Counted from the first letter of the stretch, positions 16,352 to 26,494 are shown. The stretch is DNA of 28,937 nucleotides from Marinilabiliaceae bacterium (GCA_039811485.1 JBDHYT010000001.1:1-28937), one strand, 5' to 3'. Numbers and translations are program-made. Notes: generated by a model from the sequence alone, not told the origin.

Positions 16352-17371
16352 CTATCGTGGTTCGCCAAAACTTACGCCCATTCTTCTGCCCTCTATCACA
16401 AGGTGGTGGTCGGGGTTCACCAATCGCACCATGCCGCCTACATCGCTAAGAGGCACCGAGGTTATTGTATTGCCCTGTAGCGATACCATGCGGCCAAACT
16501 GATGGTTGTGAATAAGTTCGGCAGCCTCCGCTCCGTAGCGTGTGGCCAGTATCCGGTCGGCCGGGCTGGGACTGCCGCCTCGTTGGATATAGCCTAAGAT
16601 GGTCTCGCGTGTCTCAAGCCCGGTAAGTTTGTTTATCTTTTTTGCTATATACGCTCCTGCCGATTTTTTCTTCGGATGGTCTATACCTTCGGCAACCACC
16701 ACAATCGAATAGGGCTTGCCTTTGTGAAAACGGTCTGTAAGTGTCTCTGCTACTGCCTCTAATGAGTAATCTATCTCCGGAATCAGAATTACATCGCCGC
16801 CCGAGGCCATACCCGAAAATAAGGCTAGCCACCCTGCCGTGTGGCCCATCACCTCAATCACCATCACCCTTTTATGCGAGTTGGCCGTGGTATGAAGCCT
16901 GTCGATAGCCTCTGACGCTATATTTACCGCCGTGTCGAAACCAAAAGTAATGTCGGTTCCCCACACATCGTTGTCAATGGTTTTAGGTATGCCTATAATG
17001 TTGAGCCCCTGTTGAGCCAGCAGATTGGCTGTTTTCTGTGTCCCGTTGCCACCAATACACACCAATGCGTCAAGCCCCAAATCCTTATAGTGTTTGATTA
17101 TCACACCTGGCTTATCTTCCACAGTGTCACCCTCTTCCACCTTAAAAGGCTTCATTCGTGATGTTCCTAAAATCGTTCCCCCCAGTGTGAGAATCCCCGA
17201 TAGGAGTGTCTCGTTGAGTGGTATTATCTCCTTGCTAACCAAGCCGGTGAAACCATTGGAGATCCCTATTACCTCCATCCCATATTCATATATGGCTGTC
17301 TTGCCTACACCTCTGATTGCCGCATTTATGCCCGGACAATCACCTCCTGCCGATAATATCCCGATACGCAT
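16352..17371 (-). CDS. pfkA: 6-phosphofructokinase (PfkA family, group III/mixed-substrate type)
   Basis: GGDCPGINA, GGTILGTSR, IGGNGT, PKTIDND, TFGFDTA, EVMGH and LGYIQRGG. Confidence 0.93.
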   Translation of the reverse strand: MRIGILSAGGDCPGINAAIRGVGKTAIYEYGMEVIGISNGFTGLVSKEIIPLNETLLSGILTLGGTILGTSRMKPFKVEEGDTVEDKPGVIIKHYKDLGLDALVCIGGNGTQKTANLLAQQGLNIIGIPKTIDNDVWGTDITFGFDTAVNIASEAIDRLHTTANSHKRVMVIEVMGHTAGWLALFSGMASGGDVILIPEIDYSLEAVAETLTDRFHKGKPYSIVVVAEGIDHPKKKSAGAYIAKKINKLTGLETRETILGYIQRGGSPSPADRILATRYGAEAAELIHNHQFGRMVSLQGNTITSVPLSDVGGMVRLVNPDHHLVIEGRRMGVSFGEPR

Positions 17372-17455
17372 CCTTCAGTTATTTTTAAAGTTTATAATAT
17401 CATTCTCTAATTTAAGCCAATTTCAGAAGACTTGTTCCCTTTGTGCCAAATTATT

Positions 17456-18277
17456 TTAATCGCCCATCACCAATATCGGAATCCTGATGTGGTTCATCAC
17501 ATCATTCAAATTCATACTGCTGTATCTGTGAAGCAGATTCTTGTCCCGTTTTGTGATGGTCAACAGTTGGATTTCGTTTCTGGCAATATACTCCTCCAAC
17601 GATTGTGTGATATTTTTTGATGTTACATAATTCACTATAAATGTGGTTCCTCGATATGTCTGAGTCATGTAATTCTTCAATTCATTCAGGGCATTAATCT
17701 CTCTTTCAGTATATTTCTGTTTGCTGAACTCAACACAGTGAATCACCGAGCCGTGTTCTGCCATTAAACTCAACACCTGATGAAGTGCTTTGTAGTCGCA
17801 TCCCGTTATCTCGATGCTCAAAAGGATTTTTGGACTCTCTTCCTTTCGCTGATAATGCGACGGTATCATTATTACCGGAGTTTTTGATTTCGTCACCACA
17901 TCCTTTGTTGTACTGCCGGTTATCTCCTTTATATCCTGTTCGGGGCAGCTACTCGACATTACTATAAGATTGTACTCCTTTGATAGTTTTATTATTACAT
18001 CCTCCGGATAGCCATATTCGAGTCGGCTTTCAACCTCTGTGTTGCTGTTTAGTGACGAACCGCGCATCTGCACATAACGCACAAACTTATTCAGGTATCT
18101 GCGCTGCTCCATCACAAATAGTGAGTGGGTCTCGTTGACCAAACCCTTGTCTATTATATCGGGGATGCAGTTCAATAATGTGATATGGCACTGCAGATGG
18201 CGGGATATCAGAAATGCCATCTCGATACAGTTGGTGTCGCCCTTCGAAAATGTTATGGGAATTAATATTTTAAGCAT
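17456..18277 (-). CDS. Universal stress protein (tandem USP domains)
   Basis: KILIPITFS, YGYPEDVI, LIVMSS..ITGSTTKDVV..SKTPVIMIP, second domain KILLSIE...IPILVM. Start chosen at ATG 18277 (MLKILIP). Confidence 0.88.
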   Translation of the reverse strand: MLKILIPITFSKGDTNCIEMAFLISRHLQCHITLLNCIPDIIDKGLVNETHSLFVMEQRRYLNKFVRYVQMRGSSLNSNTEVESRLEYGYPEDVIIKLSKEYNLIVMSSSCPEQDIKEITGSTTKDVVTKSKTPVIMIPSHYQRKEESPKILLSIEITGCDYKALHQVLSLMAEHGSVIHCVEFSKQKYTEREINALNELKNYMTQTYRGTTFIVNYVTSKNITQSLEEYIARNEIQLLTITKRDKNLLHRYSSMNLNDVMNHIRIPILVMGD

Positions 18278-18478
18278 ACCCAAATTTTTATTTAAAATAA
18301 GCAAAATATGTGAATCTTCAATCGAAAAAAGCAAATTGGCTCTTTTTTTTGTGTTTTTATTTCAAATCATGATTTTTATGGTATGTTATTCAATCAATTA
18401 ATGTGTATATTGGCATCGGCATACTGTAAAAATGGTGTGTTAATAAACTGTTTGATTTTTAATTTTTAAACCCAAATC

Positions 18479-19642
18479 ATGAAGTTAAGAAAAGCACTCT
18501 CAATGGTGGCTCTTTCCTCGGCCATCGTCGCAGGCTGTAATGCTCCTACAGCTAACAAAGAGCAAACTGCACAAAACGAAGCGAAGCCGGTGGTAATCGG
18601 TTATGTGGGCGGATACAACGGTAATGTTGTTGATATCAACGGTATTGATGCAAACCGTCTTTCGCATATCAACTACGCCTTTGTTGATGTAAAGGATAAT
18701 CTGGCATTCCTTACCAATGAGGCTACCGACACTACTAACTTCCGCCTGCTCAACACTCTTAAAAAGACAAATCCCGATCTCAAGATTTTGATCTCTGTGG
18801 GTGGATGGACCTGGAGCAAGAACTTCTCCGATGCCGTTCTCACCGAAGAGTCGAACAGTGCATTTGCACAAAGCTGTGTCGATATTGTGGCCAACAACGA
18901 CCTTGATGGCGTAGATATCGACTGGGAGTATCCCGGAATGGTGGGTGACGGAAATGTGTTCCGTCCCGAAGATAAAGCCAACTATACACGTATGTTTAAG
19001 GCTATTCGTGAAAAGCTTGACATCCTGGCCCATACAACCGGCAAAAAGTATCTCGTTACAACCGCCATTGGTGGCTCGCTCGAATTCCTTCAGCACACCG
19101 AAATGGAAGTTGCTCAGCAGTATCTCGACTATATCAATCTAATGAGCTACGATTACGACGGCACTTACGACAATATTGCTGCACACCACACCAACCTTAT
19201 GTCGCCGGCCAACATGCCATATATCTACTCGGCCGATTTCAGCATCAGTAACCTGAAGAAAGTGGGTGTCGATATTTCAAAGGTAGTTATGGGTCTCGCA
19301 TTCTACTCAAAAGGCAATGTGGTTGCATCGGCCGACAATAATGGTTTGTACCAGATTCCGGTTAAGCCTATGTGGGGCGGCGGATATTCGTTCCTGAAAG
19401 ACAGCCTAGTTAACCAAAAAGGATTCGTTCGTTACTGGGACGATGCCTCAAAAGCTCCTTACCTGTTCAATGCCGAGAAGAAGATATTTATTACTTATGA
19501 TGATGAAGAGTCGGTGAAACTGAAATGTGACTATGTGAAGGCTAATGGTCTGGCCGGAGTTATGTTTTGGGAATATTTCAGCGATAGTAAACTCTATCTG
19601 CTTAAAACTATCAATAAAGAACTTGGCTATACAGTAGAGTAA
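18479..19642 (+). CDS. Glycoside hydrolase family 18 (chitinase-like) lipoprotein
   Basis: Lipobox IVAG-C; SHINYAF, ISVGGW, catalytic DGVDIDWEY (DxxDxDxE), NLMSYD, insertion-domain YWDDASKAPY and GVMFWE. Confidence 0.94.
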   Translation: MKLRKALSMVALSSAIVAGCNAPTANKEQTAQNEAKPVVIGYVGGYNGNVVDINGIDANRLSHINYAFVDVKDNLAFLTNEATDTTNFRLLNTLKKTNPDLKILISVGGWTWSKNFSDAVLTEESNSAFAQSCVDIVANNDLDGVDIDWEYPGMVGDGNVFRPEDKANYTRMFKAIREKLDILAHTTGKKYLVTTAIGGSLEFLQHTEMEVAQQYLDYINLMSYDYDGTYDNIAAHHTNLMSPANMPYIYSADFSISNLKKVGVDISKVVMGLAFYSKGNVVASADNNGLYQIPVKPMWGGGYSFLKDSLVNQKGFVRYWDDASKAPYLFNAEKKIFITYDDEESVKLKCDYVKANGLAGVMFWEYFSDSKLYLLKTINKELGYTVE

Positions 19643-19692
19643 TACTTTAATATAGCTATTGTAAGGTATTTGTTTTCAATGATTATTCGATT

Positions 19693-19735
19693 ATTCCACC
19701 TCCTAAAATTATTTTAAGGAGGTGGAATTTTTTTT
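19693..19735. terminator. Intrinsic terminator between the convergent GH18 and polA genes
   Basis: 12-bp perfect stem ATTCCACCTCCT / AGGAGGTGGAAT followed by a T-run on the plus strand. Confidence 0.85.
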
Positions 19736-19739
19736 ATTC

Positions 19740-22514
19740 TCAATGTGCTTCCAACCAGTTGTTGCCCATCCCCATGTCGGCCACCAGTGGAACTCTAAGC
19801 TTGCAGGCACTCTCCATACACCGTTTCACTATCTCTCGCACAACATCCAATTCGCCGGGTTCTACGTCGAAATTCAATTCGTCGTGCACTTGAAGTATCA
19901 TTTTAGATTTAACTCCCAATCGACTCATTTCCTTATGAATATCTATCATTGCTATTTTTATGATATCGGCAGCCGTTCCTTGAATTGGTGCATTTATGGC
20001 ATTTCGCTCTGCCATGCCTCTCACCACTCCGTTGCGCGAATTAATGTCGTCAAGTTGTCGGCGGCGACCGAAGAGGGTCTCCACATAACCTGTTTCGCGG
20101 GCTTTAGATATGCACTCATCCATATAGCGTTTCACCCCGGGGAAGTTGTCAAAATAGCCGTCTATTATCTCCTTTGCCTCACTGCGCGATATGTTTAATC
20201 TCTCTGCAAGACCAAATGCCGATATGCCGTAAATGATGCCGAAGTTTGCAGTTTTGGCTTTTCGGCGCATATCGGATGTTACCTCTTCGTCGGCTACCTT
20301 AAATATCTTAGCCGCTGTGGCTCTGTGAATATCGGCTCCTCTATTAAAGGCTTCGATGAGGTGCTCATCTTCGCTGAAATGTGCCATCAGTCGTAACTCA
20401 ACCTGTGAGTAGTCGGCCGAAAGAAATATCCTGTCGGCACTTCCCGCTGTGAATGCCTTGCGTATCTCCTTGCCGTTCTCGTCTCTTATCGGGATGTTTT
20501 GAAGGTTGGGATTTGTGCTGCTTAATCGCCCCGTCACCACAACAGTCTGATTGTAAGATGTGTGTATCCGCCCGGTAGCAGGATTGATAAGTTTCGGAAG
20601 TGCTTCGACATAAGTGCTTAATAGCTTTTGCAATCCTCTGTGTTCCAATATTAACTGAACAATAGGATGGTTGTTTTTCAGCTTCTGGAGTGTCTCCTCG
20701 TTGGTGCTGTACTGGCCGGTTTTTGTCTTTTTTGCATCCTTGTCTATCTTAAGCCGGTCAAACAGTATTTCGCCCACCTGCTTCGGACTTGATATATTGA
20801 ACGTTATGCCGGCCATATCCTGAATCTTTGCTTCAAGTGATGCAATCTCTGCTTTGAGTATCAGTGCATACTGATTTAGCGATTCGCTGTTTACCTTTAC
20901 GCCTGTGTGCTCCATGTCGGCAAGTACACTCACCAATGGCATTTCGATATTAGTAAAAAGTTCTCCGCTCTTGCTCTCTTTAAGTTTTGGTTCAAATAAT
21001 CTGTATAACTGCCAGGTAATATCGGCATCTTCGGCAGCATACTCCTTAATATGTTCCACCGCTATATTCCGCATGCTATCCTGGTCTGCTCCCTTTTTGC
21101 CTATCAGCTGCTCTATCGGAATGGTGCGGTATTTCAAATATGTCTCGGCCATGAAATCCATTCCGTTTTTCAAACCCGGATATAAAAGGAAGTGGGCAAT
21201 CATTGTGTCGAAGAGTTGGCCCTTGACCTCTAATCCGTAGTTTTTCAGCACTAGAATATCGTATTTGATATTCTGACCGATTTTTAAAATATTGTCATCT
21301 TCAAACACCGGACGGAGTGAATCAATAACTTTTTGTGCCTCTGCTCTATCGGATGGCACCGGCACATAGTATGCTTCGTGTTCCATCCACGAAAAAGAGA
21401 TGCCCACCAATTCGGCCTCAGTAGCCTCTACTGATGTTGTTTCGGTATCGAAACAAAACGCCGGTTGGCTACCTAAACTCATTATTAAAGAGAATAGAGC
21501 CATCTCATTGTCTATGAGATAGTAATTATGCGGCGTTGAACCTGCATCCTTTAGCGACGATGGCTCTGCCTGTTGCACCACCACTCCGGCCTGTGAAAAC
21601 AAATCGCCTGCAAATGCAGGTTGGGCCAATCCAAAGTGGGTTTCAATCCTGTTAATGAGTGTTCTGAATTCCAGCTCATCGAAAACCTCTTTCAGGGCTT
21701 TCATGTCCGGCTTCTCCATCTTTAGGTCAGCCTCTACGAAATCTATCGGCACGTTTGTATCTATTGTTGCCAGTTGATAGGAAAGAAGAACCTGCTCTTT
21801 GAAGTTGATGAGGTTCTCTTTTTGTTTGCCTTTCTGGGTCTCTATATTTTCGTATATGCCGGCAATGCTCTTAAATTCTGCAATAAGTGCTTTAGCCTTT
21901 TTCTCGCCAATTCCCGGGCAACCAGGTATATTGTCGGCCGAATCGCCCCATAAGCCCAGAATGTCAATTACTTGAATCGGACTCTCCACCTCAAAGTTTT
22001 CGCAAACCTCCTTTACGCCCCATATTTCATTTTCATTGCCATTACTCTTTGGTTTATACATCTTTATGTTGTCGCTAACCAACTGGGCGTAATCCTTGTC
22101 GGGTGTTACCATATATACGTTATAGCCTGCCGTTTCGGCTCTTTTTGCCAGTGTCCCTATCACATCATCGGCCTCATATCCCGGTTTTTCAAGTATCGGG
22201 ATATGCATCGCCTTCAATATTTGCTTGATGTAGGGCACCGCCAGTTTGATATCCTCCGGTGTTGCTTCGCGGTTGGCTTTGTAATCGGCAAAAATATCGT
22301 GTCGGAATGTGGGACCCGATGGATCGAAGGCTACCGCAAGGTGATCGGGCCTCTCTTTGGTAAGTACTTCCAATAACGAATTGGTGAAACCAAAAATCGC
22401 CGATGTGTTCAAACCCTTTGTGTTTACACGCGGATTACGGATAAATGCATAGTATGCCCTGTATATAAGTGCATAAGCATCAAGTAGATATAGTTTGTTT
22501 GTTGAACTACTCAT
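19740..22514 (-). CDS. polA: DNA polymerase I (5'-3' exo, 3'-5' exo, polymerase)
   Basis: LLDAYALIYRAY, YEADDVIG; ExoI FDTETT, ExoII QNIKYD, ExoIII YAAEDAD; motif A DYSQVELR, motif B RRKAKTANFGIIYG, motif C QVHDEL. Confidence 0.98.
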   Translation of the reverse strand: MSSSTNKLYLLDAYALIYRAYYAFIRNPRVNTKGLNTSAIFGFTNSLLEVLTKERPDHLAVAFDPSGPTFRHDIFADYKANREATPEDIKLAVPYIKQILKAMHIPILEKPGYEADDVIGTLAKRAETAGYNVYMVTPDKDYAQLVSDNIKMYKPKSNGNENEIWGVKEVCENFEVESPIQVIDILGLWGDSADNIPGCPGIGEKKAKALIAEFKSIAGIYENIETQKGKQKENLINFKEQVLLSYQLATIDTNVPIDFVEADLKMEKPDMKALKEVFDELEFRTLINRIETHFGLAQPAFAGDLFSQAGVVVQQAEPSSLKDAGSTPHNYYLIDNEMALFSLIMSLGSQPAFCFDTETTSVEATEAELVGISFSWMEHEAYYVPVPSDRAEAQKVIDSLRPVFEDDNILKIGQNIKYDILVLKNYGLEVKGQLFDTMIAHFLLYPGLKNGMDFMAETYLKYRTIPIEQLIGKKGADQDSMRNIAVEHIKEYAAEDADITWQLYRLFEPKLKESKSGELFTNIEMPLVSVLADMEHTGVKVNSESLNQYALILKAEIASLEAKIQDMAGITFNISSPKQVGEILFDRLKIDKDAKKTKTGQYSTNEETLQKLKNNHPIVQLILEHRGLQKLLSTYVEALPKLINPATGRIHTSYNQTVVVTGRLSSTNPNLQNIPIRDENGKEIRKAFTAGSADRIFLSADYSQVELRLMAHFSEDEHLIEAFNRGADIHRATAAKIFKVADEEVTSDMRRKAKTANFGIIYGISAFGLAERLNISRSEAKEIIDGYFDNFPGVKRYMDECISKARETGYVETLFGRRRQLDDINSRNGVVRGMAERNAINAPIQGTAADIIKIAMIDIHKEMSRLGVKSKMILQVHDELNFDVEPGELDVVREIVKRCMESACKLRVPLVADMGMGNNWLEAH

Positions 22515-22554
22515 TTAATTGATTTTTTGTTTTTGAAAGAGGGTGTTATCATAA

Positions 22555-22585
22555 CAAAGATAGTTGCATTGTAGCAACTCTGCAA
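22555..22585 (-). promoter_or_regulatory. polA promoter (-33/-7)
   Basis: Minus strand: TTG (22585-22583), 20-nt spacer, TATCTTTG (22562-22555); matches the Bacteroidota consensus. Confidence 0.65.
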
Positions 22586-22703
22586 CACGCTCTTTATTTA
22601 CTGCTATTGGTAATAGTCAAAAAATTTGTTCTTAATGATGCTAAATATCACGTTTTAAACCTTTTTTAATATTTTCAGCACCTCTATTGACAAAAAAATG
22701 GTG

Positions 22704-22711
22704 TAACTTTG
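22704..22711 (+). promoter_or_regulatory. typA -7 promoter box
   Basis: TAACTTTG followed by CA, 21 nt before the ATG at 22732. Confidence 0.6.
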
Positions 22712-22731
22712 CACTCCTTATAAACAACTAT

Positions 22732-24525
22732 ATGCAGAAGATACGTAATGTGGCCATAATTGCCCACGTTGACCATGGTAAAACGACCCTGGTTGATAAG
22801 ATGTTGCAGGCCGGAAGACAGTTTAGGGACGGCCAGAAAGAGGTTGTCTCGATGGATAACAATGAGCTGGAGCGAGAGAGAGGAATCACCATTCTTGCAA
22901 AAAATGCTGCTGTCACTTGGAAGGACTATAAAATTAATCTTATCGACACTCCTGGCCACTCCGACTTTGGTGGTGAAGTGGAAAGGGTGCTCAATATGGC
23001 CGACGGCGTGCTACTGTTAGTTGATGCCTTTGAAGGACCGATGCCTCAAACACGCTTTGTGCTTCAGAAAGCTATCCAGATGGGATTGAAACCAATTGTG
23101 GTCATCAACAAGGTGGATAAGCCAAACTGTCGCCCCGAAGAGGTTCACGAAGCTGTGTTCGACCTTATGTTTGCCCTCGAAGCCAACGAAAACCAGCTCG
23201 ATTTCCCATCAGTATATGGTTCGGCAAAAGAGAACTGGATGAGCTCCGACTGGAAAGTGCGCACCGAAAATATCGATGCAATCTTCGAAGCTATAATCAA
23301 TCATATTCCGGCACCCGAAAAAATTGAGGGAACACCGCAAATGCTTGTTACCTCTCTCGAATATTCCTCTTATACAGGTCGTATTGCCATCGGGCGGATT
23401 CACCGTGGCGAATTGCGTGTTAACCAGGATGTTAGCCTTTGCAAGCGCGATGGACGTATTGTGAAGACCCGAATCAAGGATCTCTTTCTTTTCGATGGCC
23501 AGGGAAAAGTTAAAACCGAAAAAGTACCCTGCGGCGAGTTGTGTGCCATTGTTGGTTTAGATGGTTTTGAAATTGGTGACACTGTAGCCGATATCGAAAA
23601 TCCGGAACCAATGGATCCTATAGCAATAGATGAACCAACAATGAGTATGTTGTTCACTATCAATAATTCACCATTCTTTGGTAAGGAGGGTAAGTTTGTA
23701 ACTTCTCGTCATGTTTACGACAGGCTTCAAAAAGAGTTGGAGAAAAACCTCGCTCTCCGTGTTGAACCAACCCCAAGTGCCGACTCATGGAATGTGTTCG
23801 GACGCGGCGTTCTTCACCTCTCGGTGCTTATCGAAACAATGCGTCGTGAGGGTTATGAGCTGCAAGTTGGTCAGCCTCAGGTGATTATCAAAGAGATTGC
23901 CGGTGAAAAGAACGAGCCCGTTGAAGAGCTTGCCATCGACCTCCCAGAGGAGTACTCGGGTAAAGCAATCGAATTGGTGACTCAGAAGAAAGGCGAGCTG
24001 TTGTCTATGGAGCGCAAGGGCGACCGTATTCATCTCGAATTTAAAATTCCATCGCGCGGTATTATCGGTCTGCGGAGCAATATGCTCACCGCCACAGCCG
24101 GCGAAGCCATTATGGCCCACCGCTTTGTTGGGTTTGAACCATGGAAAGGAAATATAGAAAAACGCCAAAACGGCTCGCTTATAGTTCTCGAACCGGGTAC
24201 TGCATACGCCTATGCCCTCGATAAACTACAGGATCGCGGTAAATTCTTCATACATCCTATGGAAGAGGTATATATGGGGCAGGTTGTGGGCGAAAACAAC
24301 CGCGAAGGCGACCTGACAATTAATGTTACCAAGTCGAAAAAGCTAACCAATATGCGTGCATCTGGTTCCGACGATAAAGCTAAACTGGCACCTCCCATTG
24401 TCTTTAGTCTCGAAGAGGCTCTGGAGTATATTCAAGAGGATGAGTATGTGGAGGTTACACCAAAAAGTATCCGTCTGCGCAAAATACTTCTTACCGAAGT
24501 TGAACGAAAACGGGCAGGCAGATAA
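22732..24525 (+). CDS. typA: Translational GTPase TypA/BipA
   Basis: [40 protein letters not shown] and [11 protein letters not shown]. Start set at ATG 22732 (MQKIRN) instead of the track's TTG at 22687. Confidence 0.97.
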   Translation: MQKIRNVAIIAHVDHGKTTLVDKMLQAGRQFRDGQKEVVSMDNNELERERGITILAKNAAVTWKDYKINLIDTPGHSDFGGEVERVLNMADGVLLLVDAFEGPMPQTRFVLQKAIQMGLKPIVVINKVDKPNCRPEEVHEAVFDLMFALEANENQLDFPSVYGSAKENWMSSDWKVRTENIDAIFEAIINHIPAPEKIEGTPQMLVTSLEYSSYTGRIAIGRIHRGELRVNQDVSLCKRDGRIVKTRIKDLFLFDGQGKVKTEKVPCGELCAIVGLDGFEIGDTVADIENPEPMDPIAIDEPTMSMLFTINNSPFFGKEGKFVTSRHVYDRLQKELEKNLALRVEPTPSADSWNVFGRGVLHLSVLIETMRREGYELQVGQPQVIIKEIAGEKNEPVEELAIDLPEEYSGKAIELVTQKKGELLSMERKGDRIHLEFKIPSRGIIGLRSNMLTATAGEAIMAHRFVGFEPWKGNIEKRQNGSLIVLEPGTAYAYALDKLQDRGKFFIHPMEEVYMGQVVGENNREGDLTINVTKSKKLTNMRASGSDDKAKLAPPIVFSLEEALEYIQEDEYVEVTPKSIRLRKILLTEVERKRAGR

Positions 24526-24547
24526 TTGTCATATTTTCACTATATTT

Positions 24548-24570
24548 AAGGGTCGTTTTTTACGGCCCTT
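24548..24570 (+). terminator. Hairpin after typA (possible weak terminator)
   Basis: AAGGGTCG / CGGCCCTT stem with one G-U pair; poor U-tract. Confidence 0.35.
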
Positions 24571-24586
24571 ATTCATTTAGTTTAAT

Positions 24587-25255
24587 ATGACTCCTTTTGT
24601 AGATATTCATACCCATAAATTATTGATTGGCAACCGTATGATAGGCGTCACCAATATTATGCCTTTCGACGAAGTTCCCGCAAACAGGTATCTGTTTTCA
24701 GCCGGTATTCATCCGTGGCATATCGATGCCGGAACGGTTGATGAATACAAAAGATGGTTGGCTCTTGCAGTTTTATCGGAGCAGTGTATTGCCATTGGCG
24801 AGGCGGGCCTCGATAATAGATGCAGTACCGGAGTTGAGTTGCAGATGGATATTTTCCGCTGGCAGGCCGAGTTGTCTGTTTCACTTGGTAAACCGCTTAT
24901 TATCCACTGTGTAGGTATGTATAATCAAATCTATACTTTAAGTAAGGAGTATCCAAACCATCCCGTTTGGATTCTTCACTCCTATGGCTCTTCCGTTCAG
25001 ATGGTATCTCAGCTTCAGAGCGAAAATGTGATGTTTTCGTTTGGCAAAGGTCTGTTCGGTAAGTCGGCAAAACAGTATGAGGCTCTGAAAGCAGTTCCCC
25101 TTAATCGTCTCTTTCTCGAAACCGATGACTCGGAGGTGGATATTGAAGAGGTATATAGTATTGCAACAGTTAAACTAAATATTGAAATAGATATACTTAA
25201 AACACAATTATTCAATAACTTTAATATAATTTTTAATGGCAGTCAACTGGCTTGA
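24587..25255 (+). CDS. tatD: TatD family metal-dependent nuclease/hydrolase
   Basis: DIHTH, GIHPW, IGEAGLD, IIHCV, ILH and ETDDS. Confidence 0.9.
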   Translation: MTPFVDIHTHKLLIGNRMIGVTNIMPFDEVPANRYLFSAGIHPWHIDAGTVDEYKRWLALAVLSEQCIAIGEAGLDNRCSTGVELQMDIFRWQAELSVSLGKPLIIHCVGMYNQIYTLSKEYPNHPVWILHSYGSSVQMVSQLQSENVMFSFGKGLFGKSAKQYEALKAVPLNRLFLETDDSEVDIEEVYSIATVKLNIEIDILKTQLFNNFNIIFNGSQLA

Positions 25256-25952
25256 ACGTACCCAATTGCTGATTGGTGAAGAGAAACTTGCAAAACTTAA
25301 AAATGCCCATGTGCTTGTTGCAGGCCTTGGTGGTGTTGGCTCTTATGCAGTAGAGCAGCTTGCCAGGGCTGGTATAGGCAGCCTTACCATCGTTGATGGT
25401 GATGTGGTCCAGCCAAGTAACCGCAATCGTCAGCTCCCTGCACTTACTTCAACTATAGGTTTAAGTAAGGCGGCAGTTGTTGCTCAACGACTTGTTGATA
25501 TTAATCCCGAGATTAATCTTACCGTAAAAGATGGCTTTATGATGGGTAAGGATTTTGAGGAGCTGCTTCAGCAACCTTTCGACTTTGTGGTGGATGCAAT
25601 AGACTCTCTTAGTCCAAAGGTATTTCTGATTGCCAATACCGTGAAAAAGGGTTATCCCATAATATCATCCATGGGGGCTGGTGGCAAGTTAGATCCTTCA
25701 CTTGTCGGAATCACCGATTTGTCGAAGACCTATAACTGTAAACTGTCGCGGATGGTAAGGAAGAGATTGGGGAAGTTTGAAATTAAAAAGGGAGTAACAG
25801 TTGTTTTTTCACCCGAAGAGGTTGATCCATCCGTTGTTATACTTACCGAAAACGAACGCAACAAGAAGACGACCACCGGAACCATTAGTTATATTCCTGC
25901 CATTTTTGGTCTCTATGCAGCATCTCACGTAATCAGGTCTTTAATATCTTAA
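25236..25952 (+). CDS. tcdA: tRNA threonylcarbamoyladenosine dehydratase (ThiF/E1-like)
   Basis: GLGGVGS, DGDVVQPSNRNRQ, VVDAID, SSMGAGGKLDP, CKLSRMVRKRL and GTISYIPAIFG; overlaps tatD by 20 nt. Confidence 0.88.
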   Translation: MAVNWLERTQLLIGEEKLAKLKNAHVLVAGLGGVGSYAVEQLARAGIGSLTIVDGDVVQPSNRNRQLPALTSTIGLSKAAVVAQRLVDINPEINLTVKDGFMMGKDFEELLQQPFDFVVDAIDSLSPKVFLIANTVKKGYPIISSMGAGGKLDPSLVGITDLSKTYNCKLSRMVRKRLGKFEIKKGVTVVFSPEEVDPSVVILTENERNKKTTTGTISYIPAIFGLYAASHVIRSLIS

Positions 25953-25954
25953 TT

Positions 25955-26494
25955 ATGTCGTTATCAATCAATTATCTTGCTGAATCTCAATTAAAAGATG
26001 TAGTGGATATTTCCAACTCCCAGTTTGGAGTGGGCTACCTCAATACATCCGATTTCACCTCCGATGGGGCAATAGTTCTTGTGGCCACTGACGATGAAAA
26101 GGTAGTTGGGTTCGCCCTTTTCTATATTATTGGCGGAGATGATTTTCCTGCCCAACTCTCAATATTTTATCCCGTAGCGCACACATCTGTTTTTTTCAAA
26201 TCAATTGCGGTTCTCCCCGGATTCGAAAACCGTGGTGTTGGCAGCCATCTGATGCAAATGGTTTTAAATCTGGCACGAAACCAAGGTGTACTCTGCTGCT
26301 ATGGATATCTGTGGGTAAAAGATGGCAAAATGGCCCTGGAATCTATCGCTCGTCATCATGGTTTTCATGACGTTAAAGTGATGCCCCGTTTTTGGCAACA
26401 GGTTAGTATCGACAAAGGGTTTGACTGTCCGGTGTGCGGCAATCCATGCCGGTGTGATGCTCTGATGGTTTGTCGCCCCTTTGTGAAGCAGTAG
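25955..26494 (+). CDS. GNAT family N-acetyltransferase with Cys-rich C-terminus
   Basis: Motif A IAVLPGFENRGVGSHL; C-terminal CPVCGNPCRC; starts 2 nt after the tcdA stop. Confidence 0.8.
   Translation: MSLSINYLAESQLKDVVDISNSQFGVGYLNTSDFTSDGAIVLVATDDEKVVGFALFYIIGGDDFPAQLSIFYPVAHTSVFFKSIAVLPGFENRGVGSHLMQMVLNLARNQGVLCCYGYLWVKDGKMALESIARHHGFHDVKVMPRFWQQVSIDKGFDCPVCGNPCRCDALMVCRPFVKQ

Noticed and set aside
19722-22376. Plus-strand ORFs 19722-20198, 20905-21240 and 21972-22376
   Set aside because: Antisense shadows of polA.
22687-22731. Track's TTG start for typA
   Set aside because: The extension overlaps the -7 promoter box; the conserved N-terminus begins at ATG 22732.
24587-25952. TatD plus E1/ThiF-like pair as an anti-phage system (Qat- or CBASS-like)
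   Set aside because: The ThiF protein has TcdA-specific motifs, composition is host-like, it follows typA, and there are no E2, JAB, cyclase or QueC partners.
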